This document shows positions 11,320 to 26,302 of a stretch of 64,000 bases of DNA, piece after piece. This DNA is from the human T2T-CHM13v2.0 reference genome, Homo sapiens: the NCBI RefSeq assembly GCF_009914755.1, contig NC_060931.1; one strand, written 5' to 3'. Each line of letters opens with the position of its first letter. Position 1 is the stretch's first letter. A program made the position numbers and the translations under genes. The notes beneath the pieces are model-generated. The model was not told the DNA's origin, made no database searches, and saw nothing but the letters and a program-made list of their open reading frames with translations.

Positions 11320-13060
11320 TAGGAAACATCCCATGTCTCGGATCAGAAGACCCGGCGCTGTCGGGACCAGAGACTCCCAGGGCTGATCTGCACATTCTGT
11401 ACAATCCCAGGACTCAGCCGGCCTCCCTGAAGAACTGATAAGCTGATTCTGAAACTCACACGGAACTGCAGGGGCTCAGAAGAGCCACCACAGGCTTGCA
11501 AAGGGGGAACACGGGAGGAAGACTCAGTCTCCTGATTTCAAAACTTACTACAAAGCCACTGCAATCAGGATGGTGTGGTGTGGGCATGAGGACCGACGTA
11601 CAGACCAACAACACAGTGGAGAGTCCAGGAACCAACCACACGTTCATGTTAAGTGATTCTGAGAAAGGTGTTAAGACCTTTCGATAGGGAAAAATAGTCT
11701 TTTCAACAAATGCTGCTGGGACAATGGGCTGGCGCATGCCAAAGAATGAAGCTGGGCCCCACCTCCCACCATAAACAAAAACTAAGTAACAATGGATCCA
11801 AGACCCATGCAAAGCCCAACCGTAAAACCTGTGGAAGAAAACAGAGGAGGAAACCCTCCTAACCTTGGATTTAACAAAGAATTCTTAGCCCAAAGCACAA
11901 AGAACAAAAGAAAATAACAGGTAATCAGACTTCATCCAAACTAAGAACTCTTGTGCTTCAAAGGACGCCAGTGACAGGCAAAAACAAGCCACAGAATGGG
12001 AGAAAATGTCTGCAAATCTATACCCGAAGAACTTACACCTCAACACATGAAGCACTGTCAGCAAACGACCCAGTGTCACAATAGGCAAGGCGTCTGCAGA
12101 CAGACTCCTATGAGGACCCAGTGTCACAATGGGCAAGGCATCTGAAGACAGACTTCTATGAGTTCAATAGACACATGAAAAGCTGCTCGGCATCATCCGG
12201 CATCCAGAGACAGAAAGTGAAATCACAGCCAGGTATCACTTTGCACCCCCAGGACGGCTGGGAAGTCACGCAACAACACGTTGGTGAGGATGGGGATAAA
12301 CTGGAACCCTAGTGTGCGGCAGCCCTGGAGAACAGTCTGGCAGTTCCTCCAATGGTGAAACGGTTACCATGTGATCCAGCAGGCCCAGTCCCAGGCAGAC
12401 CCCCGAGAGAACTGCACACACATCTACACAGACTCGTCCGTGAATGTTCAGGGCAGCTGTGTTCATAACAGCCCCAAAGCGGAAACCATCCAGATGTCCA
12501 TCAGGCGATGACTGGATATGTAAGATGTGGCCGTGCAGACAGTGGGGTGTTTCAGCCACAAGAAGGAACACAAGGTCCACCAGTTGATGACTGGATATAT
12601 AAGATGCGGCCGTGCACAGTGGGGTGTTTCAGCCACAAGAAGGAATACACCACTGACACCTATGACCACATGGGTGAACCTTGAACAAGGGAAGTGAGAA
12701 AAGCCAATCACAAAGGCCACAGGACTCCCTTCCCAGGAAATGCTGGTAATGGGCCACGGGACTCCCTCCCAGGAAATGCTCAGAACAGGCCACGGGACTC
12801 CCTTTCCAGGAAATGCTCACAACAGACAGACCCACAGAGGCAGGCAGTAGCCGACTGGTGGCTGAGGGTTTGAGGGCACGGGAGACAGCAGGGTGATGGA
12901 TAACTAGAGGGTTCGGGCTTCCTTGAGAGGGGATCAAAACGTTCTGCGAAGGGTGACAGTGGTTGCACTAGCCGTGGACATAAAAGTCGCTGAACTGCCC
13001 CCTTCAAAGGGACGAGGTACGTGGAATGTGCGTCGCATTTCAATAGAGCTGTTAGAAATG
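11320..13060 (+). mobile_element. Old L1M ORF2 3' end and 3' UTR with internal local duplications (~12067-12162, ~12495-12650, ~12714-12822)
   Basis: Typical L1 motifs such as aagctgattctgaaactcac, aaacttactacaaagc, gtcttttcaacaaatg and gttggtgaggatggggataaactggaaccc. Confidence 0.8.
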
Positions 13061-14619
13061 GCGGGCCGGGTGGGGAGTGAGAAACAGCAGGAAGCGTGGA
13101 TGCAGCTGCCAGAGCCTGCGGGGCTGAAACCAGCCTCTTCCTTTGCATGTGCCACGATTTCAACTTCAAGAGCAGCTCTCCACGGGGAGGACAAGGGCTG
13201 AGAGGGGCTGCCTGGAGGGAGCTCCAGGGTGAAGGAGAAACTCTGGGGCTCCGTAAGGAAATGTCCTTACTTGTATCCTGCTTGGGCTGGGAAATGTGAG
13301 GCTGAAGGGGATCCCTGCCCCCAAGACCCTCCTCCTCCACAGCCGGAAGAGCCTCTAGGGCACAGTGGCCTGACCATCACCCCCCACCCCGTCGGCCCTC
13401 TCCCACTCCTGCCAGCTGGGCCCAGACACCAAGTGCAGTGACCACAGTCTGCAGGACCAGGTGACGTCAGGGTGTGCCCACAGGGCCCTGCCTTGGTGGC
13501 TTCTTGGAGCCTGCAGGCCACCTCTGCAGCTGATGGGGACAAAGACCCCTGTGAGTCAGCAGCTGACAGGCAGGGGACCGGCTGGCCTGGCTTCTGTGGC
13601 TTGGCAGCCCCTGCAAGTGCACAGTGCAGTGGCCACCAAGGGAGCCGGAAGCAGAGGGAGACGGGTACGGGCAGCCCCTCACCTGGGCCGTCGGCCACTG
13701 GGAGAGACAGTGGACACCGAGACCCTCCCGCTAGATGGGGGCTGCGAAGGGCCAGGCCTCCGTCTCTCTCTGCAGAGCAGGGAAGCAGCACGGTGCCTCG
13801 GCGCCCGCTCAGCAGGGGCCCAGCAGAGGCCGGCTGCCAAGGGTGACTGCTGTTGCCAGCGGGACACCCCGATCAGCCTAAACACTCATCTCAGTAGGCG
13901 TCCTCCACGCCAGAAGTCCAGCTCCGCGGTGACAGGGACTCCTGTCCACCACCACAGCCCCAGCACCGAGGACTATCCCGGCACAGGCTCCATGTGGAAG
14001 ATGTGTTTGCTGAATGAATGCATGATGATGATGAACACTTACTACACTCGGATGTGCTCCTGGGGCTGAAACCAGGTGGCTAGAGTGGTTAAAGTAACGC
14101 GGGAAGTAAGAGCAAGTAGGTCCCACGAAAGGGCTTGGAACCCTTCTCCAAGTCGTGGAGAGTCCCACTCTCACTTCCTGGGTCACAGCCGCAACCCAGG
14201 AGAAGCAGAGGGTGTGGGAGAGGTGCCACTGCTGCTGGGCCCACCCTGGAGATGAAGGGAAGGAGGGTGAGGGCAGCGGCCATCTGCAGACGCCATGGGG
14301 GGCCGGGCCCAGCCAGTGCTCTGTGAGCCCTCTTTCATGTATTCTGCTGCTTTCTGGAGGAGAACGGTCATGCAGCACTCACGCGACCCCTCAGGGGTGC
14401 GGGTAAGGTGGCGGCGCTGGGCCGCAGACCAGGGTTAGGGCTCTGCATGGCGTGGCTGTGGCTGGGGGCCCCAAGGGACTCAGAGGGTGGCCTGAGAAGT
14501 CTGGAGGCAGTGGGGGAGGGACCACCAGGGCAGGAGGTGGTCCAGGGGCATCCCAGATGAGGCACAGGCCAGTGCAGCCTCAAGATCCTCCTACGCAAAG
14601 ACCCAAGCACTTCCCACCA

Positions 14620-14750
14620 TGGACATACCAAGCCTCCAGCCCAGAGGAAGGGCCAGTGGGTTCTGCACTGGGGCCAGGAGGCAATGGACACACCAAGCCC
14701 CAGCCCAGAGGAAGGGCCAGCGGGTTGTACACTGGGGCCAGGAGGCAGCG
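14620..14750. repeat. Tandem duplication, ~65 bp x2
   Basis: tggaca(t/c)accaagcc...cagcccagaggaagggccag...cactggggccaggaggca occurs twice. Confidence 0.8.
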
Positions 14751-16226
14751 GATGTGGGGTGGGCTCTGCAGCCCAGGAGGCAAGATCACTTCCTCCCAGG
14801 CCCCATCTGCCCATCCGCTCAGGGCCACCCCTGCCCTCTGTGCATTCTGGCAGGACGCCTCCTGCTCACAGAACCCACCTCTAGCTGCAGGCCCAGGGGG
14901 TCAGTGTGAGGCTCCAGGCGTGGGGAGAAGCCCCTCCAGTGCTGCCCCGGCCCCGTGCACCCCACCCACCTAGGGCGCTGAGCACTGTGTGTGCCAGCAA
15001 GCAGGAGCATCGTTGGGGGCTGGCACCACTCAACTCAAGCAGATGGGAGATGGAGCAACCTTGCTGGAATCGGCTGTTAGCTGACAGCTTCCAGGAAGAA
15101 AGGGGAAAATGGCTATAATCTTCTGCTAAAATTTGTTGCCTTGTTTGATTCACAGCTGAGAAAACTGTTGAGACGCTGACGAGAATCTCAAAAGGAAAAG
15201 TTTGGAGCCTTCCTTTGATGCGATGGTGCAATCATTGACTCAACAGAAATCTTTCACTTGCAGAGCGAGCAGGCGCTCTGGTGCTGCTACCCAGCGCGGT
15301 TAAGCGGAAGAGCCGGCTGGCGGGTGCAGCGGGAGAATGCTGGGACGGGCAGGGCAGGTCCCCGGCCACTTGCAGGCCTACTGTCTGTCCAAGCTCCCCT
15401 CCAGGCTGGGCCTAGGGTTCTGGAGATGACAGGGCCCCACCTTCAGACAAAGCGGTCTTGGAGGGGTCTGCACAGGGAGAGACAAGGCCCAGAGAGGGTG
15501 CGGGTGCTCCCGGGCTGCCTTGTAAGCCCACACCTGTGCCTCCAGGAGGCCTCGGCCTCGACGGCCCGTTTCTCTCTGTGTTCAGGGGACTGTCTACAGC
15601 CCAAGTCCTGGAGGAGGAGGCTGGGTGGGGGCTGGCGTTGGCTCCATCTCTGTTCCCACTGTGAGTTCCGCCCCTAACTCGCTGGTAGGTCTCCGTCCTC
15701 TCTGGGCCTCGGCTTCCCATCTGTGAGGGTGAGTGTGGTGAGTTTCACCTTAAGGACCTCCCTTCCAGCCAAAATGCTCATAAGACCCGGAGCAGAGGGC
15801 AGGAAAGCCCTGAGCCCACGCCCTGGTGCGTGCAGGAGCTGGGTGCCATGGGCCCTTGGCTGCCCCGGGCAAAGGAAATGGCTTCTGAGGGGCCCTATCC
15901 TCAAGGTCCCTGCTGGGGAGGAGGCTGCCTCCAGCAAGGCCCAGGCAATACTTGGGGAGGGAGGCGCCTGTCCCCGTGTGCCTGACGCGCATGCCGAGAG
16001 CAGAGAAAGCGCTGGAAGGAAGCAGCGACAAGAGGGGAATGGAAAACACAGTTAAATAACCACCAGTCCTTATGCATATTTATAGATCGTCCGGCGTCAA
16101 AATTCAATCAATACCTCTCCCGGCTGAAGGAAATGGCTCACGGAGGAGAGCGAGGCAGCTCGGGCTGTGCCTGTTGGGCCAGGGCATTGCAGAACCAGGC
16201 CCACCAAGAGGCACAGGCAGAGGCCC

Positions 16227-16365
16227 GGCCTTCCCATCTCCTGCCCGTGGCCTTGCCCGCTTGGCCTTCCCATCTCCTGCCCGTGGCCTTGCCCGCTTGG
16301 CCTTCCCATCTCCTGCCCGTGGCCTTGCCCGCTTGGCCTTCCCATCTCCTGCCCGTGGCCTTGCC
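16227..16365. repeat. Minisatellite, 36-bp unit, ~3.8 copies
   Basis: ggccttcccatctcctgcccgtggccttgcccgctt; 12-aa periodicity in ORFs. Confidence 0.92.
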
Positions 16366-19300
16366 TGCCGCACACGGCTGGGTTGTGGAACCTGCCTCTG
16401 TAACAAGCCCAGGCGAGGGTCACACCTCCCAGCCCTGCCCTCAGCAGCGGCCTGACCTTGGGCAACTTACTCAGGGCCAGCAGGAGAGCTGAAGGGCTGG
16501 ATGCACCTATACACACCTGTCGCCGAGGGGCCTGCGGGGCCGTGTCCCACCTATTCCAGGAAAGCAGCTCCCAAGCAGGTAGAGGCACATGGATGGGAGA
16601 GGGCAGCCTGAAGCAGACAGAGAAACTGAGGCCCAAGGAGGGACAGAGGCCATGCTGCTGTCCGTGACCAGTGCCCGGGAGCGGTGGGAGGATGAGAACT
16701 GGATGGGGGTAGGACAGAACCCCGAGAGCTCCCTTTCTGCAGAGCTGAGTGCTCCACCATGGGGAGTGAGTGTCCCGGGCCTCATCTGGGGCACCTGCAG
16801 GGGGAGAGGGAGTGGCCCGGGGTCACAGGGCAGAGCCCCTGGAGGCCCCTCCAGCACACGCACCATGGCCAGGCTTCACCAGAAGTGGAAACTCCCCACA
16901 GCCAAGGCGTCCACGGCAAAGCCAGCCTGCAAGTGAGCCCACCCACCTGCGCCATGGGCCCCAGCAAACGCCCCCCATGACCCCCCTCCACCCCCCAGTG
17001 ACCGTGTGCTGTATAGCCTCCGCTCAGGGCCCTGCCCAGAGGCTAAGCGAGGGTTCACCAGGGCCTGAGGGAGGGGCCACAGCTTTCCCCAGCGGGACAC
17101 GCCCTGTGAGCCAGCACGTCTGCCAAACCAGTGGAGCCGGGACACTGGCACCCAGGAGACGGCGCTGAGGCCACCGCACAGCTCCGGAGCTGGCCTTCCC
17201 GGCCTGAGACCCTGCTGGGCAGCTCCACGTGAAAGGCCAGGGGAGGAGGGAGCTGGGAGGGGTCATGCCTGTCCTGGTTCCAGCAAGGATCAGGGGCTCC
17301 TCCCATGACACCCCTGATAACAGCCTCTGTGGTTCCATAGCAGAGAAAGGGCGGGCGGCCTGCCGTGGCCAGGGAAGACGGCATGTGAGAGTCTCCACTG
17401 GTCAGCGGGGCGGGGACAGCATCCCCTTCCTAATCTGGCCAAGGCTGAGACCGGATCACCCTGGGCTGAACTCCTGGGCTCCAGGGGCTGTGCCTGTGGT
17501 GAGGAGGAGATGGTCCTGATGGCACCCAGCAAGGCTGACATCTGCCCCACCTGCCTGGAGCAGTCCCTGAACAGAGACGAGATGCATAGCTCTGGAGGGA
17601 GACCCAGGCCAGACACTCGTACAACACAGGAGGGGCTGGGCCCGAAACACACACAGGATCCAGGAGGAAGGACAGACAGCTGCTGCCCCAGGACGCCATG
17701 TGGGGCTTCCCTGGACCTGTCAGCAAAGGAACAGCCCAGCTGGGGCAACGCTGCCCGGGCCCTGCTCCTTGAGGCTCCAGGGTGGCTCTCCTAGGAGGGG
17801 CCCGGGGCACGGCCCCTAGAGCTGACACTCTGCGGTCCAGAGTGTGTGCACACGCACTAGCTTGCTCTCTGAGCCTCGATCTGCTGTCTGTAGAGTGGTG
17901 GCTATGGTGACCTACCAAGTCCATGGAAAGGTCGGGCGGGTTAACGGACGTGCACATGGTCTCAGGCTCTAAGGAGCTCTGCCGGGCACGCAAGCATCGC
18001 CCGGGGGGACCCGCGCAGTGAAACCAAAGACGTGGATCTCCTCCCTCTGCCACATGCGCCCGGCTCTGAGTCCCTCTTGAACTCCATCCCTGTCTGAGGA
18101 CTCAAGACGTCCTTGAGAACCGAGGGGCATCTGGCAAACCAGGCCATGGGCAGGCTCCAGGTCCAAACCCAGTTCCTCATGAGAGAAGCAAAGTGCTTCC
18201 CCTTCCCCAGAGTCCTGCCAAGTGGAGGCGGCGGGGAGGGGCCTCTTCCTGGCCCCCAGGAGAGCCGCAGCCACTTTCCACCTCCCCTCAAACCCCACAG
18301 GCACCGGCAGGGCCCTGTGCTTCCCTTCTCCTCTAAAAAGCTGCTCTCATCCGTTTCTCTGCAGATACGCCCAGGAACCAAAGGACATCGGTCCCTTGGA
18401 CGCAGTGCCTGCAGCAGCGGCTGCTTGGGGAGACCTCCATCGTGCCATGTCCAAGAGCCGCGGGGACTGGCACCCCGTGCGGGGCACTTGCAGACAGGGC
18501 CACGGCCCTTGCTTCCCAGAGGAGGCCCCGGGCCTCCAAGAGGCTGCAGACATGCTCAGGGATATCAGCTTTGAGGAGCCCGGACCCCCCAGGTCCCACC
18601 TTTGAGTTTGGTTTTCTACCCCAAGTGCAAGACATGGCTTCAGTCCAAGTGGCAGCAGCAGGGACAGGCTGGGGGAGATCGAGGTGCTCAGCAGTGGGTC
18701 CCTGGGCACATCTCTACTTGAGGGGACAGCAGAGACTACTAGACGATCTCTAGGACAAAGGACAAGGGCTCGTGGGCCAGGCGTGCATGCCCATGCCTGC
18801 CCAGGCAGCAGACGCAGGGGTCTGGCAGAGCCCGAGCTGGGTCCCAGTTCCACCAGCCACAACTGTGTGACTCTGGGCCAGTCCCCAGCACCCTGACCTC
18901 AGTCTCATGTCACCCAGCGGCGAGAATGGTCACCATGTGATAGGGAAGTGAGAACTCGGGCACACTCACACCATCCGTCTGTCCGTCCGTCCGTCCAGTG
19001 GCTCTGCCGCCCTCCTGCACGTCCCGCGCCACCTCGAGGCCCGCAAGCCCTCATGAAAGCTCCCCTGACCTCAGGCCTCATCAGCAGATGAAGGACTCTC
19101 AGCACAGCCAATTACCCGGTGCTGGTAATCACCCGCTGACTTCCACCCGAGTCCTTCAGAAGGTAATCTGCGGAGGGCGACTTGTAAACAATTTGGAGGG
19201 AGAAGATAAAAACCCCAATCGTCAGAAGGGTTGGACAACAGTGACTTGGGCTGAGGCCTGGCTCTGAGCGCCAGTCGACCCCGCACGGGAGCCCCTCAAT

Positions 19301-20089
19301 GTCTGCCCCCAGCTGCAGCTCTCACCTCCTCCCCTGCACCCAGGCCCTTCGCCACCCTCTGCTGCCTCTGTGAGCAGCTGCAGGCCCACAGGGGGAGGGT
19401 GCTCTAGTGGGGCCGTTGGCAAAGCTCAGCATGGGGGGAGCAGCACACGTGGGCAAGTGGGGGATGAGCGGGCAGAGCCCAGTGAGCACCGCGGTGGGTC
19501 CTGGCTCTGCCACCCGTGCTCCTCGTTCAGCTCACAGCACATCGCCTGCCCCATCTGCAGACGAGGCATCTACCTGAGCTCCCACCACGGCAGTGTGGTC
19601 AGTGCACAGGGCACCCACTGGCCACCCACCCTGGGCACGAAGCCCATGCTTCCTGGGAGGAGGAGGCGGGGGACCAGCACTGTCCTGGTCCCGCTGCAAC
19701 CACAGGTCCTCCTCCTCCTTCCCAGACACGTGGGCTTCACCCGGGAGGCTGCTCCCCTGGCCTGCCGAGGAAGTGAACTGGGTCCCTGCCAGACTGGCGG
19801 ATGAGCAGGAGCCCTGGACAGCCTCTGCTATCCCAGTCTCCCCACTACAGGGCACAAACAACAGCCAGCGCCTAAACCATCCTGCCTGAGGCTCAGCCAG
19901 AGCTGGCAGGAGGCCTCAGGGGCTCAGGCAGCAGGTGCAGGACCAGCTGGTGGATGAAGGGCCTGAGGAAGGCAGGAGTGACCGAAGGACAGAGGCCGTG
20001 TGAGGGCAGGGTTGGAGTAGTCACCCCAAGCGCCCTGCCCCTCCCGTCCGGGGTGTGGCTCACTCCTAACAAGCTGCCTGCTGGGTCTC

Positions 20090-20660
20090 ACTGTGGTGAA
20101 ACGCACGTGACAGGAAGCTGACCGCCATAACCATTCTAAGTGCACAGCTCCCTGGCATTCAGCACACTCTCAGTGCTGTGCGGCCACCACCACAGCCCAT
20201 TCCCAGAGCTTCCTCATCTCTCCAGGCTAAAGCCCACATCCATCAACACTCACTCTCCATTCCCCTGCCCCAGCCCCAGCCCCTGGCACCGGCCTCTCCA
20301 CCTCCTGTCTATGGATCTGATGACTCTAGGGGCCTCGTGTAGGTGGAATCACATAGCCTGTGTCCTTCTGGGACTGGCCGGTTTCACCCAGCTCAGCGTC
20401 CTCAGGTCCATCCATGCTGCGGCAGGTGTCGGGACGCGCCTCCTCCTTGAGGCTGTATCTATCATGCTCCACCATATGGAAGGACCACACTGTGTCCATC
20501 CATGCATCTGTCCACAGACGCTGGGGTGCGCTCACCTCTGGGCTACCGTGAGCGAGGCTGCTGTGAACGTGGGTGCCCGTATCCATGAGTCCCTGCTTTT
20601 GGTTCTTCTGGGCATGTACGCAGCGGTGGACTTGCTGGTCAGTGTGGTGAAACAAAGCCA
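20090..20660 (-). mobile_element. L1MB-like 3' UTR fragment
   Basis: aaccattctaagtgcacag...ggcattcagcaca...tggaatcacatag...catccatgctgcggca resembles an antisense L1MB 3' end. Confidence 0.7.
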
Positions 20661-23600
20661 CTCTTCCATCAGTGGCAGCACCATGGCCAAGCCCCCATCG
20701 GTGACATTTCTTCTAGAATCTCAGGCTTAGTCTGCAAACTCCCATGGCAGGAATTACCTAAGTGATCACACTTTCCTTTCTCCCTAGGCTGCCAGGAAGC
20801 TCCGATTAAAACAGACGCCCAACTTCACCGGCACCTTCAGCCCTCGTGGGCAGAACATTCCTGGTTTCCCACACACAGCATCGGCTGCCGGGAATCTGTG
20901 GAGCAGTGAGATCTCATGGAAAGAAAACGAGCACCATCATAGAAAACACGATGCTGCTCCGAGGACTGCGGCCGACTCAGCCTCCCCGGCGGCCCGGTCC
21001 GGAGTGGGCGCTTCTCCTGTCCTTCCACGAGCCACGGGAGGAAACCAGGAGCCCTTGGTCCCGCCAGGACCTAACGTGGGTCCCTGGGGCCCCGTGCCAA
21101 TGACCTGCTTCCTTTCACGGACGGGAAGCACCTCATCCGTCTGAACCATCAGCTCGCTGTATGACTCCCACAGAACAGGGGCCCAGAACATCCGGGCTGT
21201 GGCTCCTTGGCCCCCGCTGTGCCCTGGCTTAGAGCAGCGCCTGGCACAGAGGAGGTGCGTGAAGGTGGCTCACGCATGGGAGGGGAGGGCTGGGCTGGTG
21301 AGCATGGAGTCCCATGGGCCCTGCAGAGCTGCCCTCCCGTGATCCTGCCTCCCAGGAAAAGTCCAACCCCCTTGCCTCACAAAGGAGGCCCTCAGGGCAC
21401 AGAGAGGAGCACTTCCCGAGGCCACCGGGTAACACCAGGCCCATCGTCCCGGTCCAGAGGCCACACTCTGTCCAACATGGTAGAAGGTTCAGGAGAAAGA
21501 GCCGAACACAGAATGAAGGTCCCACTGATGAGCCACATGCGTTACTAAGAGTCCAGCGAGCGGGAGAGGCCAGACCTGAGGAGGTTGGCTCAGAGCACCC
21601 GCCGGGAGGCCCCGGTACAGGGACACGACCCCAGCCCACCACACCTGGGCATGGACGCCAGCACAAAGGGGGCAGCTGTGGCTCCAGGAGGGGACGCGGC
21701 CCTCTCCCAGGGCAGCTGCAGCGTTGGTGGCTTCAGAATTCCAGGGATCTGGGGGCCACAGGGATGGCATCTCAGGGAGGGGGTGAGGAGGTCTGAGGAG
21801 AGGTGACGGGCCCGCCCCACCCTGGTCCCAGGGACGCGGACCAGGGATGTGAGGTACCGCACCACCTGCCTGCTGGTGCAGACGGGAGCAGAACGGTCTC
21901 CGTGTGCTTCCAGCTTCTGCTCACAGGGAACCCGGCAATCTTCTACCCACTCCTTCCCAAAACAGATGCACTTATTTAAACGTCACAGGGCTCTTGTCTG
22001 GTCTCTTTCCTGAACAGCACTTGGGACACTGAGGTTGGCCCCGGCCACAAACCCCACCCAGGCCCCCGCCAGGGAGGAGCAGGCAGGTGGGGCGGGGAGG
22101 GAGCCGCACTGGGGGGCTCCACCAGCCCTGACCACCAACCTGCCCAAACAAGCACCATGATGAGGCCACATCGAGGAACGGCTGGAGCACGGGCTTCAGA
22201 ACCCAAAGATGAATTCTACTTAATTACACGCACACTGAGGCATTTAGAGGAAGCGTGCAGATGTCTGCAATTTACTTAAAGCGCGTCAGAAGAATAAAGT
22301 GGCGCGGCGGCTGGGCGAGGGATAAAGAGATGTCAGGAAGCCCCGCGGCGGAACATCCGTGGTGGAGCCTTGGTGGCGGGTGACCAGGCGCTCGCCGCAA
22401 ACTTCCCTCAGCTTCACAACATATCTTTAAATGTTCATCATCAAATGCTGAAAAAACCCAACAGGGTTGAGTCTGAATGCTGCTCCCATCACTGCTGGGT
22501 GACACGGGGGCCCCACGGGGCACAGGTGCCGGCCCAGGCTGCACACTTCACACACACAAGCTGGAGGCTCCTGGGTGGGACTGTCAGGTGGGGATGCGCC
22601 CGCCCAGCCAGAAGGTCAGTGTCCTGCCCAGTGCGGCCTCCACTGGACGTGCCCCTCTCTACCCAGGGCGGCCTGTGAGCCCCGACTAGCCTCACTGTGT
22701 GTCCTGCCCCGTAGCCTGTGAGCCCCGACCAGCCTCACTGTGGGTCCTGCCCCAGCTCGGTGCCCTCCATCCCCGCATGTGGCCCATCAGAACCACAGAC
22801 GTGGAAAACGTCCAAGTGTCTTGGAGGTAAGGACGACGGTATTATGACAGACAACAGGAATGGCCACCATGCAGGCCTGGTTCACCAGGTATGTGCAGGG
22901 CCCTCCAGGAGCCATCACCGGAGATCTCCAAAGACCGCCTGCGGGAAAGGCCCGTGCCCTCCACATCCTTGGGAGCACACTAAGGCCAGGCTGCAGCCAG
23001 TGGGAGACAGAGCTGTGGCCCACCCCAGGCTGTGGGGTCCAAGCTGACAAGGCCCAGTGTCCCAGCTATGAGGTGGCGCATCAGAGGGCAGCCGGGAGCC
23101 AGAAGAGAACAAAGCGCTGGGGCCCCAGCTCCTCAGTTCTAGGCCTGGGGAAGAGCACAGGGCACACTCAGGAGGTGGGGACAGGGGTGGGGCAGGAGGC
23201 CGTGGCTGCAGGTGGGGTCAGGGACTGTGCCGCCCACCTGACCTGACTCCTGCGGCTGCACCAATAGCCATGGGGGTCCCTCTGCCGCCAGATCTGGAGT
23301 TCCACGGGGTCCGCCCGATTTCTGTCTTCACTTCAGAACACTGCAACACGTTCAAGACTCATTCTGCCTCCCAACATGGAGAGTCTGAGCTCCTTCCTCC
23401 TTCACACGCAGGCTCCCTGTGGGCCTCACTTTCCCCATCTCGAGAGGGGGCGCCAGAAGCCCGGCCAGCCACCGTCCGTGGGTGCCCCGAGCTCTCCCAC
23501 CCCCACCACGGGATGGGAGGGCTTGCAGTCCAGGAGCCCCGCCCACCCACTTCCAGCCCCTTCAGCGACACAAGGGTGCACCCAGTCGGCCCTAATGAGT

Positions 23601-23990
23601 GTGTGGACAGCTCTGGGCTCTTAGGGAGACCCAGAAAGGCCAGTGCCACAGCAGGGCCCAGTGACGGCCCTCCCAGGAAGGCAGCACGAAGACCTCCCAG
23701 GCCTGGTCTCCTGGCCTCAGCACCGCGGGAGGGCAGCGGCACTCGCGCCCAGCTCTAAGGGGTAACTGAAATTCTCTTTCCTCGCCAACCAGCTGTGAAC
23801 TAATTACAAAAAGTTCTAACTAGTCAAGCCCCTCTCCAAGCATATGTTCCCAATTAAGTCAGACTGCAGCTGATTTTAATCAATCTTCCTTGAAGCGGCC
23901 CAACTTGAAGGCTTCTCCAGAGGGAGTGGGAGCAGGGAGAGGAGAGGGCATCGCATAGTGGGTGCAGGGGCGGCAGCCGGCTCCTGGGGC

Positions 23991-24817
<827 letters not shown>

Positions 24818-26302
24818 ATGGCACAGCCCTGGGCATCCAGAGCCAGGGGCAGCCTGAGCCACCACAGGGCCTGTGAGGCCTCACCTTCCCCAGGGCCACC
24901 CTGGACGTCCCCCCACTAAGGGTGTAATCGCAGGGGGTGTCAGAGGTGGTGGCAGCTGGAGGGCTGTCTGGAAGTTTCCAACACTCCACAGGCCGAACCC
25001 CAGTGGCCTCCCCGCTTCACTGCTCTGCACTTGCTTCTCCCACGCCATCCGGGCACAGTTGTCCCTGTTGCCCTGACCCAGGGAGGAACAGCTCCTGAAT
25101 CCTGGGCTAGGCTCGAGGTCACCATATCACGGCATAAACATCTGCTTCCCCAGGACCACCAGGCCCAGCCCTGTCCTCTCCCCAAATGGCCACACTGGCC
25201 ACACTGCAGCACCACGCCTCAGCTCTGAGCAGCTTCAGGACATGCCTAGGGGCAGAGCCCCCACCCCTCCAAGGCCCTGGCAGAGCTCAGGAGAGGGTCA
25301 CAGGTGACACTGCCAGCCCCACTCCTCATGCCAACCCCGCGGTACCTGACAGCCCTTGGCATCTCCCACAGAGGAGTGCTCCGCTAGTGAGCTCCCGAGC
25401 ACACGCCGTCTGCGCAGAACAGGGATGGTGGCCAGGCCCCATCAGGTGTTCACCAGTGCTGGCACCGCACTCACCCACACCCCTCACCTCATTCAAGCCT
25501 CAACAAGCTCCAAGGGCCGGCCACTGAGGACACCTTGGGGAAAGGGCTGGAAGCTGGAGCAGGGAAGCCGTAAGTGGTGCCTGCAGGGATGCCTGGCCCC
25601 CAGTCAGCAAGCAACGTGGGCACCAAGGAGCAGGGTTCAGGCTCTGCTCAGCCCAACACCCAGAAAGACGTTCAGCAGCTCTGACGCAGAGCCTCTGGTG
25701 GGCGGGCAGCAGCCCCGTGACCGCTCCCTGTACACCACGGCCCAGTTAAAACAAGATGACAGGTCCTAGGCTGAGGACAGGCCAGCGCGGCTCGGAGCCG
25801 CCCATCACCACAGATGTCACTCCTCCCATCGTCAGAAACTGGTCATAAAAAATAGATTTGATCTGCCTCTAACAGGTGCCAAGATAAAATCAATGGCCTG
25901 TCCAAAAACCCGGTAACCTCGAACCTGAGGGCTTCCTGCCATGCAGCAACTCAGGAGGATGAAAACCAAAGAGAAAGTACAATTAAAAGAACACAAACAG
26001 CAGTCCAGCCTCGCCACAGCAGATCCCGGGTGGGCATAGTGCAAATCTGCCCAGAGCCCACTCCACCGACACCAGGCGTGTGGGTGGTGCGGGCCGCAGA
26101 GGACTCCAGAGGCAGCCAGTGCAGGCCTGTCAGCGGCATGGCCTCCCTGCCAGGCAAGGGGGTGCACATGGGAGGGAGGAGAGTTCAGACAGACGAGCCA
26201 GAAAACGGGTGTTCTGTGGCAGCAGGAACCACGGTCGTTCACGACGCCCAAAGAAATGAGAGGCCCAGGCAGTGCCTCACCCAGAGGCTGCCCCGCCCTC
26301 AC

